From Entomortierella parvispora E1425 (lineage: Eukaryota > Fungi > Mortierellomycota): DNA of 64,000 nucleotides. This document shows, piece after piece, positions 51,797 through 64,000 of this stretch (within the stretch, counting starts at the first letter, position 1; every line of letters begins with the position of its first letter). The notes under the pieces were generated by a model, which made no database searches, was not told the origin of the DNA, and worked only from the letters and a program-made list of their open reading frames with translations. A program made the position numbers and the translations under genes. The stretch spans positions 2,480,001 to 2,544,000 of the forward strand of contig BQFW01000001.1 in assembly GCA_020891255.1 (NCBI GenBank), given 5' to 3'.

Positions 51797-52974
51797 TCAT
51801 CGACTGACCCAGATCATGAAGCTGCCCTCGAACATGTTCAGACGTATGGCCAAGCAGGTGCGCCATTCCAAAGGCTTTTGAGAAGGCGATGCAGATGCCT
51901 TCCAGAAACGAAAAAAGAGTGGCAATGCAAAAGAGAAAGAAAAAGACAAAACCGCGACTGAGGAGGATAGCTGGCCGCAGTGCCTCCTGAAGGCTCCCTT
52001 TGCCTCCCTTTCCCCGTCTCCTCTTCGGGTCTGAAGCATCGCCCTACAATTCTGTTGTCCAAAAGGGGCGGCAACAAGAGCAAGGAGAAACGATGTTGAA
52101 AAAAATATGTCGGAGGCAAAAAAAAAAAAAAAAAAAAAAAGGGACACAACCAGCTTGTAGCCCATGCAAAGAACATAGACACAGACGCGCGCGTGAACGG
52201 AGCAATTAAAATATCTTGAAATGAAAAAGGAGCTTCGGAATGAAGTTGGATCTTTTCCCTTTCGGTGCTCTTTTGCAATGTATGGCCCATGGGGTAGATA
52301 GTTCACTGGTATAAATGAGCATGTCTCGGTTTAAGAAAACAATCGGAATCGAGAAGGGAAAGAAAAGGTGGGGAATAGAAAACAAGAAACCTGGCAACCA
52401 ACTCCGAGAATCCGGAAGACTTTGAGAAGAGGTCAAGCTCCTGTTGCTTACCTTTGAAAACCTCGCGTCTCTCCATCTCCAGCTGCCTCTGGAATGCCTC
52501 ATCCGGTCCGTCTTCCCACTTCTTTTTATCTTCCAACTGTTGGGTCTCGTTCAGGAAGCTCACAGGGGACTCGACAAGGATGGGCGAGAACAGCTTGAGG
52601 TAGCTCTTATCTCCATGCTGGATGACTGTGATGTTGCCGAGGAGTTCGCGAGACGTATCCAAACTCAAGCGAGGCCGATTAGGAACGGGTTTGAAAGAAG
52701 GTGTGGAAGGCGTTGTGATGGACTGGGTGGATTTCTCGAGATAGATTTCATCCTGTCGTTGGTGCTCGCGTTGGTGTTCCTGCATTTGGAATTGGTGTTG
52801 TTGCCAAAGGGGATTGAAGGTTGGGAAGGAGTGTCTGTTGGTAGTGTTGCTTTGGGGTTGTAGTGAAGAGGAGGTTGTCTTTGAGGTTGGGAAGACAGAG
52901 AGGTCACTGTTCTTGAAGCTGGATTTAGACAGGGGTGAAGAGCAGGGTGCGAGAGCAAACGTGGGCATGGTCAT
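51797..52974 (-). CDS. Hypothetical S/T/Q-rich protein; 3' exon structure uncertain
   Basis: Exon 52452-52974 (MTMPTF...RREVFK) ends at a GTAAGC donor, with TATAAAT about 230 bp upstream. A candidate acceptor near 52308 is in frame with ORF 51797-52306. Confidence 0.35.
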
Positions 52975-55900
52975 TGCTGTGGCAGAAAGAACAGCAGACA
53001 AGAGTTGAATCGAGATGTGAATGGAGTGGAGAGGAGAAGAGAGGAGAGGAGAGGAGAATGAGGAACGCACTGCGAATCCGAACAAGAGAAGAGACGAGGA
53101 GACGAGAGAGGAGAGAAGGGGAGACAAAGGACGGAGGACGTGCGGCGAACAAACAACAACAGGAGAGAAAAAAGGGAACAGGCATGCCCACGGTGAACGA
53201 TATTTATACCGGCCCATCAAGGCAAGATAAGATCCCAGCGCGCGGTGCACCGTGTCCGCCCTGAGGCACAGAGGCACAGAGGGCACAGAGGGCACAAGAG
53301 TATGTACACAGAACAGCAAAAATACCCATAAAGTTCGCCTTTTGTCTCTTCACAATGACATCGCCGTGTCCGTCTGTGTTTTCTTCTAGCTCCGCCAGCA
53401 GGGACCAGAGCCTTGTTTTGGAGCGTGGACATTGGGCGATTCTTTTTGCGTCCTGCCTGCCTCATGCTTCCCACACTCTTTGCTCAAATCGCCGAGAATG
53501 ATGCTCTCGTTTCTCCTGTCCAGTTGCATGGTTAGCCTGCAGCTTGCAGGAATAGGTCCATCACTGCGCTTGTGATTGTTCTAGGGGATAGGACCCATGG
53601 GGGGATCGATGGATACCCAGCAGGGGAAACTAGAATCAGCCAGTTACGTCTTTTCCCCCCTGCTTACCCACGCTGGACTACCTTTCCGCCCTGGCACACC
53701 ACCCGATGCATGTATCACCCATTGTTGTCAAAGGGTCGTTGTGCCACTCGAACAACAACGTGTATCGATGACAACCTCGTCATTTTTTTTTCTGTCAACC
53801 GTGTAATGTGTTTGTCTATCGGTCTGTCTGGCCAGATGCAATTCTCTCTCGTGGCCCTACTTGAAGAGCGCAATCGCACATCACTCTGACCGCATCGATC
53901 CCTCAAAAGTTGTGGTATTTCTGGATTTTCCTCCCAAGGCCATCGATCGTTTCACAGCTGCGTTTCTCTCCCGGTCAAGTTCGAAACCATTCCACAGCTT
54001 GCTAGTGTTTTCTTGCTCAAGGTTTTCATGCTTGAAACAGGATATGGGGGGTTGGGGAGTGGGTAGACACACCCCTCCCTTCCCATCATTGTCGCGGGTG
54101 GACCGTTGGATCTAATTGATCAACACAAATTGTGGTCTGAAGGGTCATTATCGAAAAATGTCATATTCCCTAATGGGCTTTCGTTGCAGACTTCTTTCAG
54201 TTCCCCATCTCGCTTCTGCTGCAACCCCTAATTGCGCAAGGAACAATCGCGAACGGATCTCCGAACAACAAACACAGCGGAGATGCCATTATTCCTTTCC
54301 ACTGAAAGTTAATGCACGAGACCCTTTTTGAAATAATGAACAGCTTTTTGGCAACAACAACAAATGGCGGACCGGGTCTCCAACAGACGGCCCCTCTCTT
54401 CCCATTTGTGCAACAGCTTGTTGATTCGTCAGGAGGGAAGGGGGGCACAAGTAGACCAAAGGCAAAATATACCTAAATTGACAATTCTTTTCTCCCAGGT
54501 TGGGGATCTGCTGAACCCAAGGTTGTCCTAAATGAGAGGTCAGAAGGGAAGGGATAATTAGGAAGTGAAGAATGAAGAATGGTTCACAGGGTCCATTGTG
54601 GTTGATGCCCTGTGCTCCCGGTTACATTGCATACATGGACCCTGGTACATTTTTTGGTTCAATTGCAATCGACCATCAAGCTTGAGTTACATTAGCGTGC
54701 TCCTTGGGAGTGCATGCGCGTGAGAGAGAACAACCTATTTTTCTGTTCACCAATCCATGCCCCCCTTCTGCCTATCCACATGAATTCACACAATCGTACT
54801 GCTCCACGTACATGCATGGGTACTTCATTGGCACTTCCAATATCAAGATAATCTACCCTTGCCCCACCGCTAGAAACTAAAGATACATGAATGTCTTGGC
54901 CTATTTCTACACTTGGGGAGGAATGATGGTAAGCAGGGAGAGGTATCAAGGATATGACGTTCCTACCCTGTGCCCTTTCGCAAGTTCGCAGATGCAGGGC
55001 AAGAAATACAAAGGCGGTCCTTCTTCGCCCTGCCAAAGAGTTTGATTTTTCAGGTTCTTTGTTTTTCCTGTGGATCTTTTTTTTGAGTTTTCGTTGGTTG
55101 GTTGGCTGACAGGCGGTTCATATGCCACGGGCTGAGCAGAGCACAACTGTCCAGAAGCTCTGAACCCAGCGAATTGGTGGCGTCGTCGCGAAACCCCCGC
55201 TTTTCCCAACTACCTGCCTACCTGCCTACATCCGGTGGGCTTGGTCAACTTAAATGGCACTAGGCATCGCGTCTCGATGCATCATCCCAGTCCATGTGAC
55301 AGAAGAATCCATCCCAAGAGAGATAGGTCAGACCATTCACCTTGCCGATAGGGCGCACAAAGGTTTCAGCCTTGAACTTCCAAGATGCACCTTGGACTCT
55401 CGGAAAGGCGAGACCCAATGAAAAGCAGGGTGCTCGCTTGTCCTTCGGAACCACTGCGCAAAGAAGACTCTTGAAGCCACATATCCAGAATGGGCACTGC
55501 TCGATCTTCAGGAAACAAACCATTGCGGTCGCTCCGCATGAAGTAGTGAACATGGAAGAGGACCGCGCAGCCAGCGACGCCAAGGAAAGGGACGAGTGTT
55601 ACTTTCGTGCACCATGCTTTCGATATTGAGAACGGCCGATTAAGATTACAGGACGCACCTAGGCTGGCACAACGGCGTGGCACAAGGTCGCTAGACATTA
55701 TCCATTCCACCAATTGCAAACCCTTGTGTTTAGCAGCAGTCTCCTCGCAAGGTCGGCAGTTTTCAGGAATCCATCCATTTACTCCTTGCCGGTCTCGCGG
55801 GAGAAGGGGTGATTTTTGGAAGAGATGGTGCAAGATACGTACGTCATGCTTTCAAGGATGGGTCAAAGGTCCCGTGCCCGAAAACAGCTTACTGATGAGA

Positions 55901-56142
55901 GGGATAGGGTCCTCGGAGCATGGAGTTGGTAGGCGTGAAAGGGGGTGGCAAGAAAACACATTGTCTGCGCACCTCTAGGAAGATACGAAGAGCAATTGGG
56001 CTTTCGTAGGCATAGAACCCTGTTGGTAGGACAAGCCATGATGTTTGAGATGTTGTACGGGAGGGTGGATCTATCGAGATATGGGTTTCCTACAGAAGGA
56101 TAGCGCCCACACGGGGCGCAGTAAGCTCTTTCTATCCAATCC

Positions 56143-56182
<40 letters not shown>

Positions 56183-57089
56183 GTTGTTGTTGTTGTTGCT
56201 GCTGCTGCTTTTAAAGTGAAGCAGATCTTGCTCTAAATGTATCTATGAGTTCATTTCTATGAACCACAAAGCCGAGCAGGGAAACCACAACTCTAGCCGC
56301 CTCTGAACCACCGTGCGATCGTGCGATCATAGGAGAGGGCAAACAAAAACGAGAGTCAGTCAGCCAAAGACATTGCATCAAGGCAATTGAGTGCGAATGA
56401 TATAGATAACGGCCTTGTATGAGAGGTGCGACAGAGATGGGAGGGGGACATCCTACTGGCTGGGAGAACCTGCCCGGTGGGAATTTGTTCTGGCAATACC
56501 TCCAAGTGTTTTGCCTGGTAGACTTGTTTTTGCCAAGTTGCCGATCAAAGATTAGCCGGACTTCGATCAGAACGACGCGAACGCTGTTCCCTTCTGGCTT
56601 CAAGAACAACAAATAGGACCAGATCAAGGTTTTAGGATGGCCGTCACAGTGTGGTCAATTTCAATTTGTCAGTTTTCCTCTGCTCTGCAATGATTGCTTC
56701 AAGAGGGGACCGCGGACGATGAAAAAAAAGCCCTCTCACAAACACCTGGAACTGAATTTCGATATCTTGCTTAACAATCAACTGGACCAAAAACAAAAAT
56801 CTTACTTTTTTGCCGTTCGTGGCTCCGGAGCAATGGCGATCAGGCATGAACGGCCTTCACCTCACTGGCTGCTGTACAAAAGATGTTTGCAACTGTGGGC
56901 AATTGATTAGTGGGGGGCGATGATGATGATACTGCTATGAGTGTACGACCAGCTGGGAATGGGGTCCTACACTGCGCTGTAGCCGATCGAAGATCGAAGA
57001 GCCGCCCCGCTCTGTCTCGCAGTCGTCACAGACCGTCGTCCCCCATTTTTGACTTTCAGGTTGAAACATTATTCTTGTGCTCGGTGATG

Positions 57090-57096
57090 TATAAAA
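57090..57096 (+). promoter_or_regulatory. Putative TATA box of ADH copy 1
   Basis: TATAAAA about 100 bp upstream of the ATG at 57190. Confidence 0.5.
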
Positions 57097-57189
57097 AGGC
57101 AGGCACCTTCTGTTTTTCCAACCATTCAACTCAACTCAACTCAACTCACCACTCCCCTCACTCACTCTCGCCCACACATACACTCAAAA

Positions 57190-58462
57190 ATGTCTACCTT
57201 CAAGGCTTGCGAAGATCACTCTGTCACTTTCAACGGTTGGGCCTCCACCGGAACTGCTGAATTGAAGCAGTGGGGTTACCACCCTCGCCCCTTGGGCCCC
57301 AAGGATGTCGAGATTGAGATCTCTCACTGCGGTATCTGCGGTTCCGATATCCACACCATGACCGGAGGCTGGGGCGCCATCAAGGAGGAGGTCATTGTTG
57401 GACACGAGATTGTTGGCAAGGTCGTTGCTGCTGGTGCGGAGTCCCACCACAAGGTCGGCGATCTCGTCGGTGCTGGTGCCATGGTCGATGCTTGCGGCGA
57501 GTGCAAGGACTGCAAGGCCGGATTTGATCAGTTGTGCCTCAACAGAGCTTTCACCTACAACGATCTCTTCAAGGATGGACGTGGAGGCAAGACTTATGGA
57601 GGTTACGCCGACCGTGTCCGTGTCAACGGCGAGTACGTCTTCACCATTCCCAAGAACATCTCGCTCGCTGAGGGTAAGTCACACGGATCAAAGATACATC
57701 ATGAGACCTCTAGAGATCGCGACGATAGGAAGAAGGAAGGCGATGCGAGGCTTCGATGCAGATCAGGACCCTTTTCACTTTCGTCTCTTCTTTTTTGGTG
57801 GCACAAAAAGTACCGGAAATTAACGCAGCTTGGTTCCTGATTTTTTTTTTTCCCTCTCAATAGCTGCCCCTCTTCTCTGCGCTGGTGTCACCACCTACTC
57901 TCCCTTGATCCAGTACGGTGCCGGTCCTGGAAAGAGCGTCGGTGTCATCGGTATCGGTGGATTGGGACACATGGCCATCCAGTGGGCCGCTGCTTTGAAG
58001 TGCGATGAGGTCGTTGCCATTTCTACCAGCGACAGCAAGCGCGAGGAGTCCAAGAAGTTGGGTGCTACCAAGTTTGTCAACTCCAAGAACGAGGAGGAGA
58101 TGAAGGCCGCTGCTCAATCCATGGATATCATTATCTGCACTTCCTTTGCCAAGGATGCTGACTGGGCTGCTTTGTTGTCCTTGGTCGCCAACAACGGAAA
58201 GATGGTCCTCTTGGCCCTGCCTGAGACTCCCCTGTCGATTGGCGCCGGTGCTTTCATTCAGCGCCAAGTTTCGATGGTCGGTTCCTTGATCGGAGGCAAG
58301 AAGATTGTCCGCGAGATGTTGGACTTTGCCTCTGAGCACAACGTCCGCCCTTGGATCGAGACCATGCCCATGAGCGACTGCAACGCTGCCATCAAGCACG
58401 TCCAGGAGGGTCGCCCCCGTTACCGTGTTGTCATGGAGACTGGTGCCGAGTCCAAGTTCTAA
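57190..58462 (+). CDS. NADP-dependent Zn alcohol dehydrogenase, CAD/ADH6 type, copy 1 (intron 57674-57863)
   Basis: HCGICGSDIH, GHEIVG, structural Zn CGECKDCKAGFDQLC, APLLCAG, GIGGLGH, AISTSDSKR (Ser instead of Asp, NADP type), RYRVV. Confidence 0.95.
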
Positions 58463-58801
58463 ACGACAGAAACACAAGCCCTCCGAGCAATTGATCCCGA
58501 ACCGTCTGCATATATACTCCTCATCCCCTCACAGACGCAAGCGTTGTGGTCTGTTGTGATATAATAAAAAAACATAACCTGTACCAATTGGACTGAAGGC
58601 GTAGTTGTGCATTCCAGGTTGATAGAGTTACAAGCTGTTCCGGAGGTAAAATGGGCTGTATTGACCAATATCACAGAGTGAATGGTTTTTCAAGGCTATC
58701 TTGACGTCTGTCTTTGAAGAAGCCGGTCTGCATTTGGAGAGATAAAAAAAAAAGTCCATGAAGTGGCAGAACGTTCGGAAATGACTGGAGAAGGAAGCAT
58801 C

Positions 58802-58837
<36 letters not shown>

Positions 58838-58981
58838 GGCGAGAAATTGGTGGCGTTCTGATGGCGCTTCTCTGAGTGATCCGATCCATGGTTGGCTGGA
58901 ACCAGGTCCGTTTTTGAACTGACTTGTCCAAAAATTGTTTGACCTGCCAGTAGGCACCTCGCCCCTGCCTTTCCTCCTGAT

Positions 58982-59697
58982 ATTTCTCACTGTGGCATCT
59001 GCGGTTATGATATGCACACCATCACAGGAGGATGGGGTGCCCTCAAGGAGGAGGTCATTCCCGGACATGAGATTGTTGGCAGGGTCATTGCTGCAGGCGC
59101 TAACTCTCATAATAAGGTTGGTGTTCTCGTCGGTGCCGGTGCCATGGTGTCATTGTGAGGACTGCAAAGCTGGCTTTGATCAAATGTGCTCCAAAAGAAC
59201 TCTCACCTACAACGATATCTACAAAGATGGACGCGGAGGCAAGACCTATGGAGGTTACGCCGACCGTGTCCGTGTCAACAGCGAATATGTATTCGCCATC
59301 CCCAAGAACATCTCGCCCAGTGAGGGTAAGTGACATGGAGCAGGGATATATCGATCAACTCTAGAGAGTACGAGAGCAGGAGACAGCCCAAGATCAGACC
59401 CTAGATGCATTTTTTTCACTTTTCACAATAATATCCGCCCCTCTTCTCTGCGCCGGTGTCACCACCTACTCTTCTTTGGTCCGTTACGGTGCTGGGCCCG
59501 GCAAGAAGGTCGGTATCATTGGTATCGGTGGATTGGGACACGGGGTCATTCAGTGGGCCGCTGCCTTCAAGTGCGATGAGGTCGTTGCCATCCGAAGCAG
59601 TGACCGCAAACGCGAGAAATCCAAGAAGTTGGGTGCCACCAACTTTGTCAACTCCAAGAATGAAGAGGAGATGAAGGCTGCTGCTGCCAAGTCCTAA
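58982..59697 (+). pseudogene. ADH copy 2, pseudogene truncated at both ends with an internal frameshift
   Basis: Homology begins abruptly at ISHCGICG. A deletion after GAGAMV (about 59148) shifts the frame. It has the same intron position as the other copies and a premature TAA at 59695-59697 after MKAAAAKS, with the C-terminal ~100 codons missing. Confidence 0.9.
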
Positions 59698-59949
59698 GCG
59701 GCAAAGCAATACCTCTGGCCAAGTAATGTGTATATGTTATAAAAAAAAATCAGACGCGAAATTGGTGGCGTCTATCTTCTTGATCCATGGTTGGCTGAAT
59801 CCACGCCACAGGCCATGTCTTACGCGCAAAAAATGTTTCGCCTGTCAAAGGCGACCTTCACTCTTAATTCCACCACCTTCACCATTACCTCTCAAAACCA
59901 AACCTGCTCCTACCTGAACAACCTGTCAACACTTGACGCCACCCAAAAC

Positions 59950-61170
59950 ATGTCTGATTTCAAGCCTTGCGAGGACCAGTCTGCCACTTTTACTGGTTGG
60001 GCTTCAACTGGAACTCCTCACCTGAAGAAGTGGAGTTACCATCCTCGTCCTTTGGGCCCAAAAGATGTTGAGATTGAGATCTCTCACTGCGGTATCTGCG
60101 GTTCTGATATCCACACCATTACCGGAGGTTGGGGCGCCCTCCCAGAGCCTGAAATTGTTGGACACGAGATTGTTGGCAAGATCGTCGCTGCTGGAGCTGA
60201 ATTCCAAAACAGGATCGGCGAGCATGTTGGTGTCGGCGGCTTGGCTGATGCCTGTGGTGATTGCAAGGACTGCAAGGCAGGCAATGAGCAGCTTTGCTCC
60301 AAGAAATCCTTCATCTTTAACGACAAATTTAAAGATGGACGTGGAGGCAAGACCTACGGAGGATTCGCTGATCGTGTCCGCGTCCGTGGTGATTTTGCCC
60401 ACAAGATCCCCGAGAACATGTCCCTTGCTGAAGGTAAAGCAGACTACGATAGAAATGGAGCGCTCTCTTCTTTCCCGTTGTTGTGCATCTCAATTGGAAG
60501 GCATTCTCAATTTTAGTCGTTAAAATTAACTTGCCCCCCTTTCATTTCTTTCTTGACAGCCGCTCCTCTTCTCTGCGCCGGTATTACCACCTTCGCTCCT
60601 CTGATTCAGCATCAAGCTGGTCCAGGAAAGAGTGTTGGTATCATCGGTATCGGTGGATTGGGACACTTGGGTATCCAATGGGCCGCTGCCATGAAGTGCG
60701 ATGAGGTCGTTGCCATCTCGAGCAGCAACAGCAAGCGCGAGGAGTCCAAGAAGTTGGGTGCTACTAAGTTTGTCAACTCCAAGAACCCTGAGGATATGAA
60801 GGCCGCTGCTCAGTCCATGGATATCATTCTCTGCACCTCCTTTGCCAAAGATGCCGACTGGGATGCCTTGTTGAACCTTGTTGCCAACAATGGCAAGATG
60901 GTCATCTTGGCCATGCCTGAGGCTCCCTTGTCGATTGGAGCTGGTGCTTTCATTCACCGCCAAGTTTCGATGGTCGGTTCCTTGATCGGTGGCAAGAAAA
61001 TGAGCCGTGATATGTTGGATTTTGCTGCTAAGCACAACGTTCGTCCATGGATCGAGACGATGCCTATGAGCGACTGTAATGCTGCAGTGAAGCACGTTAT
61101 GGAGGGTCGTCCACGTTACCGTGTTGTCATGGAGACCGGAGCCGCGGTCAGGGCCCAAACATCAAACTGA
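59950..61170 (+). CDS. CAD/ADH6-type alcohol dehydrogenase, copy 3 (intron 60434-60559)
   Basis: Same motifs as copy 1; intact spliced frame MSDFKPCEDQ...VRAQTSN*. Confidence 0.95.
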
Positions 61171-61569
61171 CAATCGGGCAACTGGCTTTGTGCTCTTTGT
61201 GTATATACTCATTCTAATCTTCTCACAGACAAAAGCGCTGTTGTTCTGTGATCTATTTCAGTGGATGCGGTTTTCGACTTTCAAGAACAACAGTGAGGCG
61301 GAGGCAGCTAAGCCTCGATGATAGGTATCAATATCACCAAGTAAACATATTCACAAGAATTCCCCAGTTTTGATGGTGGTCTTTGAGCAAAAGAGGAAGA
61401 TTTTTGGTGCTGGGAGGATCCAAAATAACTCGGAATCTCGGGAACAGAGGCCATCACCTGATTTGGAGGGATTCTAATTCATGTTTTTGACCCATTGCCT
61501 TCCATCCCTGACTACAGGAGCCTCAAGAGGGAGCCTGTCAATTGCCCCTTGAAGTTGCTTCCACTACGC

Positions 61570-61786
61570 AAGATCATGGTTCCAGTAAATTCGCATGCAT
61601 CTCAAATGCGGGGGACCTTTTCCGCAAAGATCATGGTCCCAGTATTTGGTACACCGAGACCTTCGCCACAAAGATCATGGTCCCAGTAAATTTGCGTCCA
61701 TCTCAATGTACTGCACACGGAGACATTTGCCGAAGAGTAAAATTCGCATGCATCTCAATGTACTGTTCACGGAGACCTTTGCCAAG
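61570..61786. repeat. Degenerate shuffled minisatellite between ADH copies 3 and 4
   Basis: AAGATCATGGT(T/C)CCAGTA at 61570, 61627 and 61671. An AAATT(C/T)GC..CATCTCAA block occurs three times and a GAGAC.TT.GCC block three times. Confidence 0.8.
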
Positions 61787-62345
61787 GAAACCCTTATATC
61801 AGCTGAAGGTAGTTGACGTGGACTGAGGAAAGGCACAAAAACACCGAATATGGTCGACTGGGCAAGTGTCTTTACTCTCGCCTTTCTTGTGTCTTTGTGA
61901 AGTAAAGAGAAAAAAAAATCCCAGTGCCGAGATAAGAAGGGAGAAGGGGTGGATGGTTCAATATGACACCAATGAACTCCTTGTCAGATCTGAAGCGGTA
62001 AGGAGCGCGGGTTCACCTGCCGGGCTACATAACTAGCGATGAAGGAGAAAAGGAATACGGGTTGACATGGAAGCATTCCCTCCTCATCGTCAGCAGTTGG
62101 TACAAAAGTCAGATAGACTGGCGAACAGCGGGGCCTGCAGCAAGAGTAAGGAGCGGCAAGTCGTTCTGTCAGTGCACAGGGGTGATTTTGCCTGTCTCTG
62201 TCCTTGGAGCCATGAAGACGGACCGATCTTCGCAAAGCATTGATTCCCTTTTCCAGGTTCGTACTGCACATGTGTTGAACGTCTTGCCCGATCGAAGACC
62301 CGATCTGTGTCGAGATCAAGCGATCTTTATAACTTTTTTTTTTCT

Positions 62346-62352
62346 TATATAA
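62346..62352 (+). promoter_or_regulatory. Putative TATA box of ADH copy 4
   Basis: TATATAA about 110 bp upstream of the ATG at 62460. Confidence 0.5.
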
Positions 62353-62459
62353 GCAGTGTCATCTTCGCCATGCATTCTTCTTTTTCACCATCATCTCTCA
62401 ATATCAGCGACTTCCTCTTTTCTCTTCAAACCATCAACACCGCACACACACATCCCAAA

Positions 62460-63667
62460 ATGATGTCTACCTTCAAGCCCAGCGAAGATCACTCTGTCAC
62501 TTTCACAGGTTGGGCCTCGACCGGCACTCCCAACTTGAAGCCGTGGGGCTACCATCCTCGCCCCTTGGGACCCAAGGATGTCGAGATTGAGATCTCTCAC
62601 TGCGGTATCTGCGGTACTGATATCCACTGCATTACCGGAGCTTTTGGCGCCCTCCCAGAGCCTGAAATTGTTGGACACGAGATTGTTGGCAAGATCGTCG
62701 CTGCTGGAGCTGAATTCCAAAACAGGATCGGCGAGCATGTCGGTGTCGGCGCTGTGGTTGATGCCTGTGGAGATTGCAAAGACTGCACGGCACGCAATGA
62801 GCAGCTTTGCTCCAAGAAATCCTTCATCTTTAACGACACATTCAAGGATGGACACGGAGGCAAGACCTACGGAGGGTTCGCTGATCGTGTCCGCGTCCAT
62901 GGTGATTTTGTCTACAAGATTCCAGAGAACATTTCTCTTGCTGAAGGTAAAGCACACTATAGTATGATAGAAATGGAGCGCTTTCTCTTTCTCGTTGTCG
63001 TGTTCCTCTCATTGGAGGAGACCACTCTCAATTTTGGTCACTGACATTAACTTGCTCATTCTTTGCAGCCGCTCCTCTTCTCTGTGCTGGTGTTACCACC
63101 TTCGCTCCTCTGATCCAACATCAAGCTGGTCCTGGAAAGAGCATCGGTGTCATTGGTATCGGCGGATTGGGACACATGGCCATCCAGTGGGCCGCTGCCA
63201 TGAAATGTGATGAGGTCGTTGCCATCTCGAGCAGCGACAGCAAACGCGAAGAATCCAAGAAGTTGGGCGCCACCAAGTTTATCGACTCCAAGAACCCCGA
63301 GGATATGAAGGCCGCTGCTCAGTCCATGGATATCATTCTCTGCACTTCCTTTGCCAAGGATGCCGACTGGGCTGCTTTGTTGAACCTTGTTGCCAACAAC
63401 GGCAAGATGGTTCTTTTGGGTCTCCCTGAGGCTCCCCTCTCAATTGAGGCCGGTGCTTTCGTTTTCCGTCAGGTCTCCATGGTCGGCTCCCTGATCGGTG
63501 GCAAAAAAATGACTGGTGATATGCTGGACTTTGCTGCTAAGCACAACATTCGTCCATGGATCGAGACGATGCCTATGAGTGATTGCAACGCAGCTGTGAA
63601 GCACGTTATGGAGGGTCGTCCCCGTTATCGTGTTGTTATGGAGACTGGAGCTGCTGTGAGGGCTTAA
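62460..63667 (+). CDS. CAD/ADH6-type alcohol dehydrogenase, copy 4 (intron 62947-63068)
   Basis: Same motifs as copy 1; intact spliced frame MMSTFKPSEDH...GAAVRA*. Confidence 0.95.
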
Positions 63668-64000
63668 ATAACAAAAAGAACACACTATCGTATGTACAAG
63701 GATATACCTGAACGTGAGCACCCAGACCCAAGTGTTGTTGGTCTGCACACAAAATCAAATACAGCAAACCCAGTTTGAATGACATCATGGCAATCTTCCT
63801 TTTGGTGCAAGTGCTTCAAAACGTTCAATCAAAGTCCGAGGATTGAAGGGAGATAAGATCTGGTTATCTGTGGAGGAGGACGACCACAGCCGAGCAAGTC
63901 ATTGAGCCGTGTTTGCAATTGATCCACGGGCATCTTTTGGGGCAGTGATGGCAGTGCATGTACTGCACCGGTGAGAGCGGGTGCTAGTGCCAGTGCCAGT

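Noticed and set aside
56400-56640. Coding-like + frame SYWLGEPARWEFVLAIPP...PIKD*PDFDQND with an internal stop
   Set aside because: Too short and unrecognisable to call as a pseudogene or transposon.
57395-63748. Long antisense and alternate-frame ORFs over the ADH genes (and over PRO3, the aquaporin and the LPMO)
   Set aside because: Expected by-product of strong codon bias in highly expressed genes, repeated only because the sense genes are paralogues.

Overview
Eukaryotic, intron-containing fungal DNA. An early-diverging fungus, most likely Mortierellaceae, is inferred from the F-box/LRR family motifs and overall gene architecture. About 20 protein-coding genes are supportable: an F-box/LRR protein plus a degenerate fragment of the same family, V-ATPase subunit H, an FHA/G-patch (AGGF1-like) protein, RRP36, AFG2/SPATA5, an orphan ORF, a small secreted Cys-rich protein, a triple-RPEL protein, an Spt23/Mga2-like IPT factor, a protein O-mannosyltransferase, a RING/TRAF-zinc-finger protein, a Cys-rich type I membrane protein, pyrroline-5-carboxylate reductase, an AA11-like LPMO, an aquaporin, a Zn2Cys6 factor, and a tandem array of four CAD/ADH6-type alcohol dehydrogenases (three intact, one doubly truncated pseudogene). 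No tRNA, rRNA, snRNA, CRISPR or recognisable transposase was seen. The most notable oddities are: an Mga2-like factor lacking ankyrin repeats and membrane anchor; a PMT with a very His-rich plus coiled-coil tail; an ADH array diverging at candidate substrate-pocket residues; an AA11-like LPMO with a Q-x-Y rather than E-x-Y motif; a CFEM-like receptor; and an aquaporin with Tyr replacing the filter His. Exon boundaries were traced by eye. All family assignments are motif recognition, not database results.
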